From: Macrostomum hystrix
Lineage: Eukaryota; Animalia; Platyhelminthes
Length of the DNA: 64,000 nucleotides
Direction: 5' to 3'
NCBI GenBank assembly: GCA_950097015.1
Contig: CATNEN010000001.1
Location: forward strand, 21,514,001 to 21,578,000
The position numbers and the translations under genes are program-made. The notes below the pieces were generated by a model that was not told where the DNA came from, ran no database searches, and worked only from the letters and a program-made list of their open reading frames with translations. How positions within the stretch are numbered: the first letter of the stretch is position 1; the number at the start of each line of letters is the position of its first letter. This document shows positions 1-13,819 of this stretch, one piece after another.

Positions 1-580
1 ACCACTGTTTCACCGCCAATCATTTTGAAAGTAACTATTTACCTTGCTCGACACAGTTCTCTTAGTTAAGCAACCGACCGTCACAGCGGGTGACCGCCAC
101 TTCTCAAGCCACTTGACAAACAGTAAAAAAGGTGTATCGTTTTGTCTGACAAGCAAAACTAATACAGAAACTCTCAGTAGATTAAAGCATACAAAACAGC
201 GAGGCATTTGAACAATGCGCGAACAACAACAATGCTAATGAATGGGATTTTTGTCATACAAGCGACTTCCCGCTGTGTTGCCGAGTGAAGAGTTGCAGAT
301 CTAGGGGTAGAGATTTAGTTGCCATGGGGTGGTTGGCACATGCCAGTCTTCGCGTTCCGAAAATAGATATTTGATGAAATCTGTGATCTGGTTCTGTACA
401 AGTGCAGTATTTATACAAAAGACAGACAGACTGCAGAGACACTCGGTCAAATAATTGCCTTGCGATATCTGGTGCCAAAAAGCTGCTCACGTTAGACAAC
501 AGTTACCTCAGGTGAGATGCATTTTATTGTTTTTAAGTTGTTTCTGCTCGTTATTAACCAGCTGTTGTATAATTTGTCAG

Positions 581-1523
581 TTAGACACTTGGTTGCAAAT
601 GCCTGTTAAAAAGTTGGTTGCCAATACCTGTTAGACAGTGGTTGCCTATACCTGTTAGACAGTGGTTGCCTATACCTGTTAGACAGTAGTTGCCTATACC
701 TGTTAGACAGTAGTTGCCTATACCTGTTAGACAGTGGTTTCCTATACCTGTTAGACAGTGTTTTCCTATACCTGTTAGACAGTGTTTTCCTATACCTGTT
801 AGACAGTGTTTTCCTATACCTGTTAGACAGTAGTTGCCAATACCTGTTAGACAGTGGCTGTCTATACCTGTTAGACAGTGGTTGCCTATACCTGTTAAAA
901 AGTTGGTTGCCAATACCTGTTAGACAGTGATTGCCTATACCTGTTAGACAGTGGTTGCCTATACCTGTTAAAAAGTTGGTTGCCAATACCTGTTAGACAG
1001 TGATTGCCTATACCTGTTAGACAGTGTTTTCCTATACCTGTTAGACAGTAGTTGCCAATACCTGTTAGACAGTGGCTGTCTATACCTGTTAGACAGTGGT
1101 TGCCTATACCTGTTAAAAAGTTGGTTGCCAATACCTGTTAGACAGTGATTGCCTATACCTGTTAGACAGTGGCTGCCTATACCTGTTAGACAGTGGTTGC
1201 CTATACCTGTTAAAAAGTTGGTTGCCAATACCTGTTAGACAGTGATTGCCTATACCTGTTAGACAGTGGCTGCCTATACCTGTTAAAAAGTTGGTTGCCA
1301 ATACCTGTTAGACAGTGATTGCCTATACCTGTTAGACAGTGGCTGCCTATACCTGTTAGACAGTGGCTGCCTATACCTGTTAGACAGTGATTGCCTATAC
1401 CTGTTAGACAGTGATTGCCTATACCTGTTAGACAGTGATTGCCTATACCTGTTAGACAGTGGCTGCCTATACCTGTTAGACAGTGGCTGCCTATACCTGT
1501 TAGACAGTGGCTGCCTATACCTG
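581..1523. repeat. 24-bp minisatellite (CCTGTTAGACAGTGGTTGCCTATA, with 25-bp AAAAAGTTGG variants)
   Basis: Directly visible tandem periodicity. It lies inside a probable 5'UTR intron of the Tctex1-domain gene (donor CAG|GTGAGA at 512, acceptor TTCAG at 1543). Confidence 0.97.
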
Positions 1524-1547
1524 CCTACACTGGAATCCTTCAGCGCC

Positions 1548-2210
1548 ATGGCGGAACAGGAGGCAGCCGAGAGCATCGCAGACAAGGTGCCGCCAACGAC
1601 GCATCCGGCGGTGACCGGAGCTGGCAAGCCAGCTGCTGCAGACAAGCAGCCAGTTGGCGGTGTCGGCGGGGGTCGTCGCGGCACGCTGATGGCCGCAGCC
1701 GGAGCCGGAGGTCCCAGAAGGTCCATCGCTGGCGGGCTGCTTGGCAGGGCCACGCTGATGACGCTGAGCAACCTGGCCAACAGCCGGAGGAGCAAGGCGC
1801 AGGAGGTGCGGCTGGAGAACACCTACCGGATGCTGCCGAAGCCCGAGGAGCGGCTGCGTTGCTGGCGCCTGAAGCCAATGCTGGCAGAAGCTCTGACGGA
1901 GTCTCTGGAGAAGTATGAGTACAGCCCGGTGACCGCCGGCAGGCGAGCCTGCGACATCTCGCTGACCATCCGCAACCGGATTCGGGAGGCCGGCTACGAG
2001 CGCTACAAATTCGTGGTGTTCGTCACCCTGATCGAGAGCCGGCGCAGCTCCGGCCTCAGCGGTGGCGGCGGCGGTGGCAGCGGTGGCATCTGCCTCGCCA
2101 GTCGGGCCCTGTGGTCGCCCGGAGATTGCGCCGACAATTACACAGAGGCCGACGTTGCGGGACCAACGGCTCGGGGCCACGCCACTGTGCACGCCTTCTA
2201 CTATGAGTAG
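1548..2210 (+). CDS. Tctex1 domain-containing dynein light chain (TCTEX1D/DYNLT family), 220 aa, single coding exon
   Basis: GC-rich ORF with GCCATGG start context. Motifs ENTYRMLP, RYKFVVFVTL, ASRALW..DNY and HATVHAFYYE* are typical of Tctex1-domain proteins that have an N-terminal extension. Confidence 0.9.
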   Translation: MAEQEAAESIADKVPPTTHPAVTGAGKPAAADKQPVGGVGGGRRGTLMAAAGAGGPRRSIAGGLLGRATLMTLSNLANSRRSKAQEVRLENTYRMLPKPEERLRCWRLKPMLAEALTESLEKYEYSPVTAGRRACDISLTIRNRIREAGYERYKFVVFVTLIESRRSSGLSGGGGGGSGGICLASRALWSPGDCADNYTEADVAGPTARGHATVHAFYYE

Positions 2211-2370
2211 TGTGCTCGAGTATTTCAGCGATGAGCACAGTTGCTGACTTTGCTCATGAATTTTTATTAATTATGTTTATTACGAGCACCGCGTAGAAAC
2301 TCGAAAAATATATACTTTCATAATTTAATCTTGCCAAAGCAAAATTCGACGAAGCAAAATAATTATTAGC

Positions 2371-5300
2371 CCTGCTGACATCCCAACTGACCTCACACAC
2401 ATCCCTGCTGACCTCACACACATCCCTGCTGACCTCACACACATCCCTGCTGACCTCACACACATCCCTGCTGACCTCACACACATCCCTGCTGACCTCA
2501 CACACATCCCTGCTGACCTCACACACATCCCAACTGACCTCACACACATCCCAACTGACCTCACACACATCCCGTCTGACCTCACACACATCCCGTCTGA
2601 CCTCACACACATCCCAAATGACCTCACACACATCCCAACTGACCTCACACACATCCCAACTGACCTCACACACATCCCAACTGACCTGACACACATCCCA
2701 AATGACCTCACACACATCCCAACTGACCTCACACACATCCCAACTGACCTCAAACACATCCCGTCTGACCTCACACACATCCCAACTGACCTCACACACA
2801 TCCCAAATGACCTCACACACATCCCAACTGACCTCACACACATCCCAACTGACCTCACACACATCCCAACTGACCTCACAAACATCCCAACTGACCTCAC
2901 ACACATCCCAACTGACCTCACACACATCCGAACTGACCTCACACACATCCCTGCTGACCTCACACACATCCCTGCTGACCTCACACACATCCCTGCTGAC
3001 CTCACACACATCCCTGCTGACCTCACACACATCCCTGCTGACCTCACACACATCCCGTCTGACCTCACACACATCCCGTCTGACCTCACACACATCCCAA
3101 ATGACCTGACACACATCCCAACTGACCTCACACACATCCCAAATGACCTCACACACATCCCAACTGACCTCACACACATCCCAACTGACCTCACACACAT
3201 CCCAACTGACCTCACACACATCCCAACTGACCTCACACACATCCCAACTAACCTCACACACATCTTCAAATGACCTCACACACATCCCAACTGACCTCAC
3301 ACACATCTTCAAATGACCTCACACACATCCCAACTAACCTCACACACATCTTCAAATGACCTCACACACATCCCAAATGACCTTACACACATCCCAACTA
3401 ACCTCACACACATCTTCAAATGACCTCACACACATCCCAACTAACCTCACACACATCTTCAAATGACCTCACACACATCCCAAATGACCTCACACACATC
3501 CCTGCTGACCTCACACACATCCCAACTGACCTCACACACATCCCAACTGACCTCACACACATCCCAACTGACCTCACACACATCCCAAATGACCTCACAC
3601 ACATCCCAAATGACCTCACACACATCCCAACTGACCTCACACACATCCCAACTAACCTCACACACATCTTCAAATGACCTCACACACATCCCAAATGACC
3701 TCACACACATCCCTGCTGACCTCACACACATCCCAAATGACCTCACACACATCCCAACTGACCTCACACACATCCCAAATGACCTCACACACATCCCAAC
3801 TGACCTCACATACATCCCTGCTGACCTCACACACATCCCTGCTGACCTCACACACATCCCTGCTGACCTCACACACATCCCAACTGACCTCACACACATC
3901 CCAACTGACCTCACACACATCCCTGCTGACCTCACACACATCCCTGCTGACCTCACACACATCCCTGCTGACCTCACACACATCCCTGCTGACCTCACAC
4001 ACATCCCTGCTGACCTCACACACATCCCTGCTGACCTCACACACATCCCAAATGACCTCACACACATCCCAACTGACCTCACACACATCCCTGCTGACCT
4101 CACACACATCCCAAATGACCTCACACACATCCCAAATGACCTCACACACATCCCAAATGACCTCACACACATCCCAAATGACCTCACACACATCCCAAAT
4201 GACCTGACACACATCCCAACTGACCTCACACACATCCCAAATGACCTCACACACATCCCAACTGACCTCACACACATCCCAACTGACCTCACACACATCC
4301 CAACTGACCTCACACACATCCCAACTGACCTCACACACATCCCAACTAACCTCACACACATCTTCAAATGACCTCACACACATCCCAACTGACCTCACAC
4401 ACATCTTCAAATGACCTCACACACATCCCAACTAACCTCACACACATCTTCAAATGACCTCACACACATCCCAAATGACCTTACACACATCCCAACTAAC
4501 CTCACACACATCTTCAAATGACCTCACACACATCCCAACTAACCTCACACACATCTTCAAATGACCTCACACACATCCCAAATGACCTCACACACATCCC
4601 TGCTGACCTCACACACATCCCAAATGACCTCACACACATCCCAACTGACCTCACACACATCCCAACTGACCTCACACACATCCCAAATGACCTCACACAC
4701 ATCCCAAATGACCTCACACACATCCCAACTGACCTCACACACATCCCAACTAACCTCACACACATCTTCAAATGACCTCACACACATCCCAAATGACCTC
4801 ACACACATCCCTGCTGACCTCACACACATCCCAAATGACCTCACACACATCCCAACTGACCTCACACACATCCCAAATGACCTCACACACATCCCAACTG
4901 ACCTCACATACATCCCTGCTGACCTCACACACATCCCAACTGACCTCACACACATCCCAAATGACCTCACACACATCCCTGCTGACCTCACACACATCCC
5001 TGCTGACCTCACACACATCCCTGCTGACCTCACACACATCCCAACTGACCTCACACACATCCCAACTGACCTCACACACATCCCTGCTGACCTCACACAC
5101 ATCCCTGCTGACCTCACACACATCCCTGCTGACCTCACACACATCCCTGCTGACCTCACACACATCCCTGCTGACCTCACACACATCCCTGCTGACCTCA
5201 CACACATCCCAAATGACCTCACACACATCCCAACTGACCTCACACACATCCCTGCTGACCTCACACACATCCCAAATGACCTCACACACATCCCAAATGA

Positions 5301-5400
5301 CCTCACACACATCCCAAATGACCTCACACACATCCCAAATGACCTCACACACATCCCAAATGACCTCACACACATCCCAAATGACCTCACACACACCCTC
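2371..5400. repeat. 21-bp minisatellite (CTGACCTCACACACATCCCAA and variants) with a higher-order ~1.1-kb duplication
   Basis: Direct periodicity. The variant pattern recurs at a 1098-bp offset (ORF-track boundaries 3312/4410, 3416/4514). Confidence 0.98.
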
Positions 5401-5865
5401 ACACATATGCCAAAAAATAATGTGATTACTTGCTGAATGTGAAACTCGAAAGCAGTTATCTGTGTAAGATTAAAACTATTGAAATTAACAAATATTTATT
5501 TATATTTCGTTTTCACTAATATTCTTGATTAGTTAGCTACGATCGCAGTAACGGTTTTTGCAAGTGAAAAATGCAATAAAATTATAAGTGCTGCGTTTCA
5601 AATTACAGGCGTAGAGTAAGTAAACAGACTTGAAAATGACAAGATCACGAGTGAATCTAGTTTCTCAGTCGCTCAAAAAAACCGGAAATTTATTATAATA
5701 TTAGTTAGTAACGCTCCACCACTAGGAAATGACCTAAATGTAATTTACTATTCTTTTTTGCCTTGTTGCCGACATGCAAAGGAAACATCACCAATGATAG
5801 ACAAACTGCACTGCAGATGCCCAGCTACCAATGGTCCACAATGTCTAGGGATGAAGGTGGAAGGT

Positions 5866-6636
5866 TCAGGTGTGAAATGGGTCAGGTGTGAAATGGGTCA
5901 GTTGTGAAATGGGTCAGGTGTGAAGTGGGTCAGGTGTGAACTGGGTCAGGTGTGAAATGGGTCAGGTGTGAAGTGGGTCAGGTGTGAACTGGGTCAGGTG
6001 TGAAATGGGTCAGGTGTGAAGTGGGTCAGGTGTGAAATGGGTCAGGTGTGAAATTGGTCAGGTGTGAAATTGGTCAGTTGTGAAATGGGTCAGGTGTGAA
6101 GTGGGTCAGGTGTGAACTGGGTCAGGTGTGAAATGGGTCAGGTGTGAAGTGGGTCAGGTGTGAACTGGGTCAGGTGTGAAATGGGTCAGGTGTGAAGTGG
6201 ATCAGGTGTGAAATGGGTCAGGTGTGAAATGGGTCAGGTGTGAAATGGGTCAGGTGTGAACTTGGTCAGGTGTGAAATTGGTCAGGTGTGAAATGGGTCA
6301 GGTGTGAAATGGGTCAGGTGTGAAATAGGTCAGGTGTGAAGTGGGTCAGGTGTGAAATGGGTCAGGTGTGAAATGGGTCAGGTGTGAAATGGGTCAGGTG
6401 TGAAATGGGTCAGGTGTGAACTGGGTCAGGTGTGAAATGGGTCAGGTGTGAAATGGATCAGGTGTGAACTGGGTCAGGTGTGAAATGGGTCAGGTGTGAA
6501 ATGGCTCAGGTGTGAAATTGGTCAGGTGTGAAATGGTTCAGGTGTGAAATGGGTCAGGTGTGAAATTGGTCAGGTGTGAAATGGCTCAGGTGTGAAATTG
6601 GTCAGGTGTGAAACGGCTCAGGTGGGAAATGAGTCA
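5866..6636. repeat. 16-bp minisatellite (GTCAGGTGTGAAATGG)
   Basis: Direct periodicity; intergenic between the convergent Tctex1 and CAPS2 genes. Confidence 0.97.
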
Positions 6637-6971
6637 GTAGGAAGTGAATCAATTGCAATGACATTTTACATAATGAGCCATCGCTACCACTTACAGGATG
6701 TGAAATTAGTGACTCTATAAATGACTTTTATCGATTAACCAAAAGAAGGAAGTACATCAAGCAGGGAGAATAACTAAGGTACTAAAATACCTTCTGTAAG
6801 AACATGTTTTTATTAACTAAACAAAGTCCTTGATCATAAAATCACAAATTTCATGAAATGAGAATTCAAGTACAAACTACTCGTATTATACACCTAAAAA
6901 TTCGTTATTAAAATTGAGTCACGCAAAAAAGCAATTTACCGATTTCTGAAACAGTAAAACAAATATGTCTG

Positions 6972-9900
6972 TCAGACATTCCAACAGTTGCGAACAATTT
7001 CAGCCAGGGTGATGTCATCATCCAGTTGAATGCCCAGGCCTTCGTAGTAGACAATGAACTCGATGGCTGAGATAGTCTCTTTGCGTTGAATAAAATTTGA
7101 GAAGCTGTCTAGAAAAGTTTTTAGCACGCTGGATTGAGAAGTTTCACCTGCAAATACGTGAAAAAACCTTTTATATATATGTAATGTGCGTAAAACACTA
7201 CTTAATTAGTAGCTGTCAGTAGCAATCAAAGACAAATTATCGACTCATTTCCGGAAAATGAAAAAAATAACGATTAAATTTAAGACTCATTAATTTCGCT
7301 TGCAAATTCATGCCGGCAACTCACCTTGAAGTACAGACGGGTGACTTGTTGCCCGATAGAAACGACCTATCTCAGAGAATGAGACAGCACCTGACTTTGC
7401 CGTGTCCATTTTTAGGAAGGCCTGAAAATTGATTCGGAAAATTGTTTTGTCATTTTCTGGACTCCGATCAATATAGATGAATAAGAAATCTGAGAATGAC
7501 CAATCTGTGAATGAGCAATCTGTGAATGAGCAATCTATGAATGAGTAATCTGTGAATGAGAAATCTGTGAATGAGAAATCTGAGAATGAGAAATCTGTGA
7601 ATGAGCAATCTGTGAATGAGAAATCTGTGAATGAGAAATCTGAGAATGAGAAATCTGTGAATGAGAAATCTGAAAATGAGACGACTGTGAATGAGAAATC
7701 TGTGAATGAGAAATCTGAGAATGAGAAATCTGTGAATGAGAAATCTGAGAATGAGACGACTGTGAATGAGAAATCTGAGAATGAGACGACTGTGAATTAG
7801 AAATCTGTGAATGAGAAATCTGTGAATGAGAAATCTGAGAATGAGACGACTGTGAATTAGAAATCTGTGAATGAGAAATCTGTGAATGAGAAATGTGAGA
7901 ATGAGACGACTGTGAATGAGAAATCTGAGAATGAGACGACTGCGAATTAGACATCTGTGAATGAGAAATCTGTGAATGAGAAATCTGAGAATGAGACGAC
8001 TGTGAATGAGAAATCTGAGAATGAGACGACTGTGAATGAGAAATCTGAGAATGACCAATCTGTGAATGAGCAATCTGTGAATGAGCAATCTATGAATGAG
8101 TAATCTGTGAATGAGCAATCTGTGAATGAGAAATCTGAGAGTGAGAAATCTGAGAATGAGACGACTGTGAATGAGAAATCTGTGAATGAGAAATCTGAGA
8201 ATGAGACGACTGTGAATGAGAAATCTGTGAATGAGATGACTGTGAATGAGATGACTGTGAATGAGAAATCTGAGAATGGGACGACTGTGAATGGGAAATC
8301 TGTGAATGAGATGACTGTGAATGAGAAATCTGTGAATGAGATGACTGTGAATGAGAAATCTGTGAATGAGAAATCTGTGAATGAGAAATCTGTGAATGAG
8401 AAATCTGTGAATGAGAAATCTGTGAATGAGAAATCTGTGAATGAGACGACTGTGAATGAGAAATCTGTGAATGAGAAATCTGTGAATGAGAAATCTGAGA
8501 ATGGGACGACTGTGAATGGGAAATCTGAGAATGGGACGACTGTGAATGGGAAATCTGAGAATGGGACGACTGTGAATGGGAAATCTGTGAATGAGACGAC
8601 TGTGAATGAGATGACTGTGAATGGGAAATCTGTGAATGAGAAATCTGAGAATGAGACGACTGTGAATGAGAAATCTGTGAATGAGACGACTGTGAATGAG
8701 AAATCTGTGAATGAGAAATCTGAGAATGAGATGACTGAATGAGAAATCTGTGAATGAGATGACTGTGAATGAGAAATCTTTTAACGAGACAACCGTGAAT
8801 GTCTCTGGTCACCTTGATGACCAGTCGCTTGACAGTTTCATCCATCTCGCCGAACAGGGCGCACAGGTAGGCATAGTAATCAGCGAATGACGTCATCTCT
8901 GGATCGCAGGCGTCCCAAACGCGGTCCAGCTGCTCATCCGTGAGGCCCTGCAGTCGGAACTTCTTCAAGGCGAGTTCGAGCTCGTGCCTCGGCAGCTGGT
9001 CCCGGCCCTCCTCGTCCATCCGGCGACAATGCGAGAACAATCCGGTCAGGGTGGCCACGGCCCGGCGTCGAACCAGCGACCTCGCGTGCTTCTGCACCTG
9101 TTCCAACTGGACAACCTGGTCGAGCTCGTCCGAGTCGGTGGGCACGTGCAGCCGTGCGTACTGGCTGGCTGTCAGGTCCTTGCCGGACATGTAGAGAGAT
9201 TCTCTGCGAGGAAAACTAAATTTAGTGACTTTTCGCTAAGCGTCTACTGTGAGTAGACAAACCGTGGAGGTACTCTATAATTTAGAAAGTAAAGAAATAT
9301 ATACCACTTACAAAATTATGTTCTTTAGATGTCAATAAAAATAATTTTGTTTTGATTTGGCAATTATTAGAACAAACCGATCGTAAAACCTTTACCATGA
9401 CAAAAAATAAAAAACCTTTTCATAGAAAAATAATAGGATTCGTACTTCTCCATTTCCCAGCCTTGTAGAAGACCGTATTTCTCCCTTTAAAAGGTGGAAT
9501 TTAACCAAAATAGTTTGGAAAGGATTTTATCACTATTTATACTTTCTTCACAAGTGACACCTAAATTTTTGGGCTAAATTTACTGAAAGTTATTGCATGT
9601 AAGGGCTGTGCACGGCTTTTAGTCCGTGGACGCAGGACTCGAACTCCTGACCTCTCGGCCTGGCTCAAACTCATGCAAAACAGAACTCACATCAGTTTCT
9701 TCCTGTTGGCATCGTCCACCTCCGAGACCCGGAGCCGCAGCACCGGACTGGCTCGCGTTGTCTTTGGCAGGCCCGGCTGGTCGTCCGTGGACACGTAGAG
9801 CGTGTTGCCTGCCCACAGGTCGAACACCGTGTATGGCTGGCCCCGTTTGCGGCCCCAGACGGCCCGGTAGTGACCTCGCTTCACAAACGGCAGGGCCTTG

Positions 9901-12900
9901 GACCTGTTGATTCATGGCTCACGTGACTTTAACACCGCAATTTCATGTCGGCACAGTGTACATCAGGCAGTGTACATGTGACCTTGACTTTTTAGTTATA
10001 ATCTTCAGACAGAGTACGTTTGACCTTGAATTTCTAATCGTCAGTGCAAGGGCTGTGTACATGTGACCTTGACTTGCTATTTATCATCTTCAGGCAGTGT
10101 ACACTTGACCTTGACTTTCTAATCGTCAGGCAGTGCACATGTGACCCTGACTTTCTAATCGTCAAGCAGTGCACATGTGACCTTGACTTTCTAATCGTCA
10201 AGCAGTGCACATGTGACCTTGACTTTCTAATCGTCAGGCAGTGCACATGTGACCTTGACTTTCTAATCGTCAAGCAGTGCACATGTGACCTTGACTTTCT
10301 AATCGTCAAGCAGTGCACATGTGACCTTGACTTTCTAATCGTCAAGCAGTGCACATGTGACCTTGACTTTCTAATCGTCAAGCAGTGCACATGTGACCTT
10401 GACTTTCTAATCGTCAGGCAGTGCATATGTGACCTTGACTTTCTAATCGTCAGGCAGTGCACATGTGACCTTGACTTTCTAATCGTAAAATGCACGACAA
10501 TCCCCAAGCCGTGGCGGCGCCAGAAATTAATTAAGCAGTTAACTTACGTCTTGCCGAACGTTCTGAACTCGTAAACGGTGAAAGTGCTGTCCAGAGCGAA
10601 AAAGAAGCCCGTCAGCTCGCGAATCGAATCCTGATTGGCACTGGCGCTCACAATTCGGACTGTGAATCGAACCCGATCGCTGAGCAGCTGCTCAGTGGCT
10701 GAGTTGGCTGTGCGAATCTTTGAATGATGCAGATGCCGGATGCTGCCGCGCGGCATTCCGGGCACGTGCTGCAGGGCCTGGCTGACTGACACCTCCGAGC
10801 GGCTGCTCTCCTGCTCCGGATCGCACATAGGAGCCCGGGACAGCTGGTCCACCATCACCGCGTCCAGGATCGACTCGCGACGACGCGCTTCCAGCTCTTC
10901 CTCCTGAGCGAGCGAGTTGCGAGGTTTCAGGGAGATTGAGGAGGTTTCAGGGCGACTGAGGGGGTTTCAGGATGACTAGGGAGTTTCAGGGTGACTGAGG
11001 AGGTTTCAGGGTGACTGAGGAGGTTTCAGGGTGACTGAGGAGGTTTCAGGATGGCTGAGGAGGTTTCAGGGCAACTGATGAGGTTTCAGGGTGACTGAGG
11101 AGGTTTCAGGATGACTGAGGAGGTTTCAGGGTGACTGATGAGGTTTCAGGATGACTGAGGAGGTTTCAGGGTGACTGATGAGGTTTCAGGATGACTGAGG
11201 AGGTTTCAGGGTGACTGATGAGGTTTCAGGATGACTGAGGAGGTTTCAGGGTGACTGATGAGGTTTCAGGATGACTGAGGAGGTTTCAGGGCAACTGATG
11301 AGGTTTCAGGGTGACTGAGGAGGTTTCAGGATGACTGATGAGGTTTCAGGGTGACTGAGGAGGTTTCAGGGTGACTGAGGAGGTTTCAGGGTGACTGAGG
11401 AAGTTTCAGGGTGACTGGGAGGTTTCAGGGTGACTGAGGAGGTTTCAGGGTGACTGAGGAGGTTTCAGGGTGACTGAGGAAGTTTCAGGGTGACTGAGGA
11501 GGTTTCAGGGTGACTGAGGAGGTTTCAGGGTGACTGAGGAAGTTTCAGGGTGACTGAGGAAGTTTCAGGGTGACTGAGGAGGTTTCAGGGTGACTGAGGA
11601 AGTTTCAGGGTGACTGGGAGGTTTCAGGGCAACTGATGAGGTTTCAGGGTGACTGAGGAAGTCTCATAATGAGTTGTGTGCTTCATGGATTACTGAATGG
11701 CATCACCAGGATAGCGTATATATTTTAATCAACTCTTTCATCGCTTCAAGTCAAACCCAAGTGGAGATCCGTAAGAAGTTTCATTAAAAAGTTTCACCTT
11801 GTTAATGCGGCGCAGCACTTCGCTTTTGCTCTTGTCCTGCCGAGACGCCCAAAGCCGTTCGAAAATCTCCACTTTCCTGGACGCCTCGTTCATGGCCTCC
11901 TCGGAGGCTGGCGGACGATTCGACAGGCTCAGCGAGCGGAATGAGCTCACGGAGCTGGCCGACTGAGGATTGCACAAAAGCATGGTGGAGACGTGTGACT
12001 GTGGCTGCGTTCAGTCCATGGACTGGGGAGGCCGCCATACCTCTAGCAATAATTTCTAGCCGGCTAGAAGTAATGCTGACACCCAATTTACAAATGAGCT
12101 AACTGAAGCACCGAGTATCAAGAATTCATTCACCACCGCTACATAGGGGATGAGTGGCAGAGTGGTCTAACGCGTTTGCCTCTAGCACCAAGGTCCCTGA
12201 GCTCGATTCCGCAGCGAGGCCGCATTTATTTTGGCCGCAGCCGCGGAGAGAAGGCTTTGGGGGGCTTGTCGTGCAATTTACGCCCCCTGATTCAATTCAC
12301 ACCTCCAAGGCACTATGAAGTGTACATTGCCTGACGGTGAGAAAGTCAGGGCAGATGTACACACCTGTATTCGTGTGTGCTCAGGAGTGAGCGGAATGGG
12401 CGGGTTCTAGTGTCACCAAATGATGTGCCATTGCCTGCAGCCCTGCTGCAATTATCATCATTACTCCACATTGACTGCTACTTTATACTGGTTAATATCC
12501 CCTCAAATTGAGCTTCAGACGAGCTCACATCATCGAATGAGGGCGAATGTCTCGACGATGTCTGGCTGGTCCTGGTCGATGTCGAGTAGCTGGAAACGCC
12601 GGAACGGCCGGAGGCCAAGGAAGCTGTGTCATCGTCATCGTACGGACCCTGCGAAATTTTGAGAGAACTGCTCGATTCCGTGCCAAAGAATGAATTGCCA
12701 ACCCAAACACACAACACGCACAGTGAGTCCTGCAAATCATACGTATAGCTTAACACTAGCAGTTTGAGATAGATCAAAATCGTTAGGACTGTACCCTGAA
12801 ACTATTTTTTTCGTATCGATCTGTGCTCCGAGGAGGCACATAAACTCACTATGACTTCTATTCATGCCAACAATGAGCTAGTGTGTAGTCTGCGTCACCA

Positions 12901-13778
12901 GCAAATGATTGTGCACACAAACTGCTCTCAGTGTTCCAACCGCTGAGCACCGATATGACTCAGCCGAACTCTTGCCTGAAGTTGAGACTAGCTGCTCCAG
13001 TTGAGCTTAAAGAATCGGGACTGTTTTAAGCTTCCGCTTTTCTTAGTTTCTTGACCCGTCATAGCAGGGGTCGGCAACCCTTATGTACTTCGCTGATGAG
13101 ACCTGGGAGAGATGAGACAGGAGAGAGATGAGACACGGGAGAGATGAGACACGGGAGAGATGAGACACGGGAGAGATGAGACACGGGAGAGATGAGACAC
13201 GGGAGAGATGAGACACGGGAGAGATGAGACACAGTAGAGATGAGACACGGGAGAGATGAGACACAGTAGAGATGAGACATAGTAGAGATGAGACACGGGA
13301 GAGATGAGACACGGGAGAGATGAGACACGGGAGAGATGAGACACGGGAGAGATGAGACACGGGAGAGATGAGACTAGGGATAGATGAGACACGGAGAAAT
13401 GAGACAATGAAGAATAGGTGCTTGAAGGTTTAAGAGGCTGGGTTGAGGAATTTTGCTGGCAGTATCTGGCTTGCGGGTCGATGGTTGCACCTCTTTGCAC
13501 TACGAGTGAAAGATCTAGAAAACATTGTTCATAGAAAAATTGATTAAAAAATAATGAGACACCGCAGATAAAAAATCAATCATGTTTTAATTGAAAACAT
13601 TGCAAGTTGTTTTTCTTTAACACACATTGTGAAAACTATAAAATTTACAGACATTTACTACGTGAATACACTTACGACTTTAATACCGCGATTAACTCCG
13701 CTACCCACCACACGCTGCTGATGTTGACGATGCTGCTGTTGTTGCTGCTGTTGCTGTTGTTGCTGCTGTTGGTACTGA

Positions 13779-13819
<41 letters not shown>

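Noticed and set aside
1283-2238. Antisense and alternative-frame ORFs over the Tctex1 gene (and similar ones over Tubby, innexin and the coiled-coil gene)
   Set aside because: Shadow ORFs expected from GC-rich coding sequence, with no recognisable motifs.
9605-9670. Isolated B box (GGAGTTCGAGTCC) on the minus strand
   Set aside because: Too short, with no A box and no second copy in the window; probably a SINE scrap.
12146-12225. Functional tRNA genes at the A/B-box sites (also 18047, 19179, 38959, 41987)
   Set aside because: No convincing cloverleaf or acceptor stem. The heads continue into shared repeat bodies, some with TSDs, so they are SINEs.
13415-13500. Possible extra CAPS2 exon (CKEVQPSTRKPD...)
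   Set aside because: The acceptor is plausible but I found no convincing GT donor; left unmodelled.
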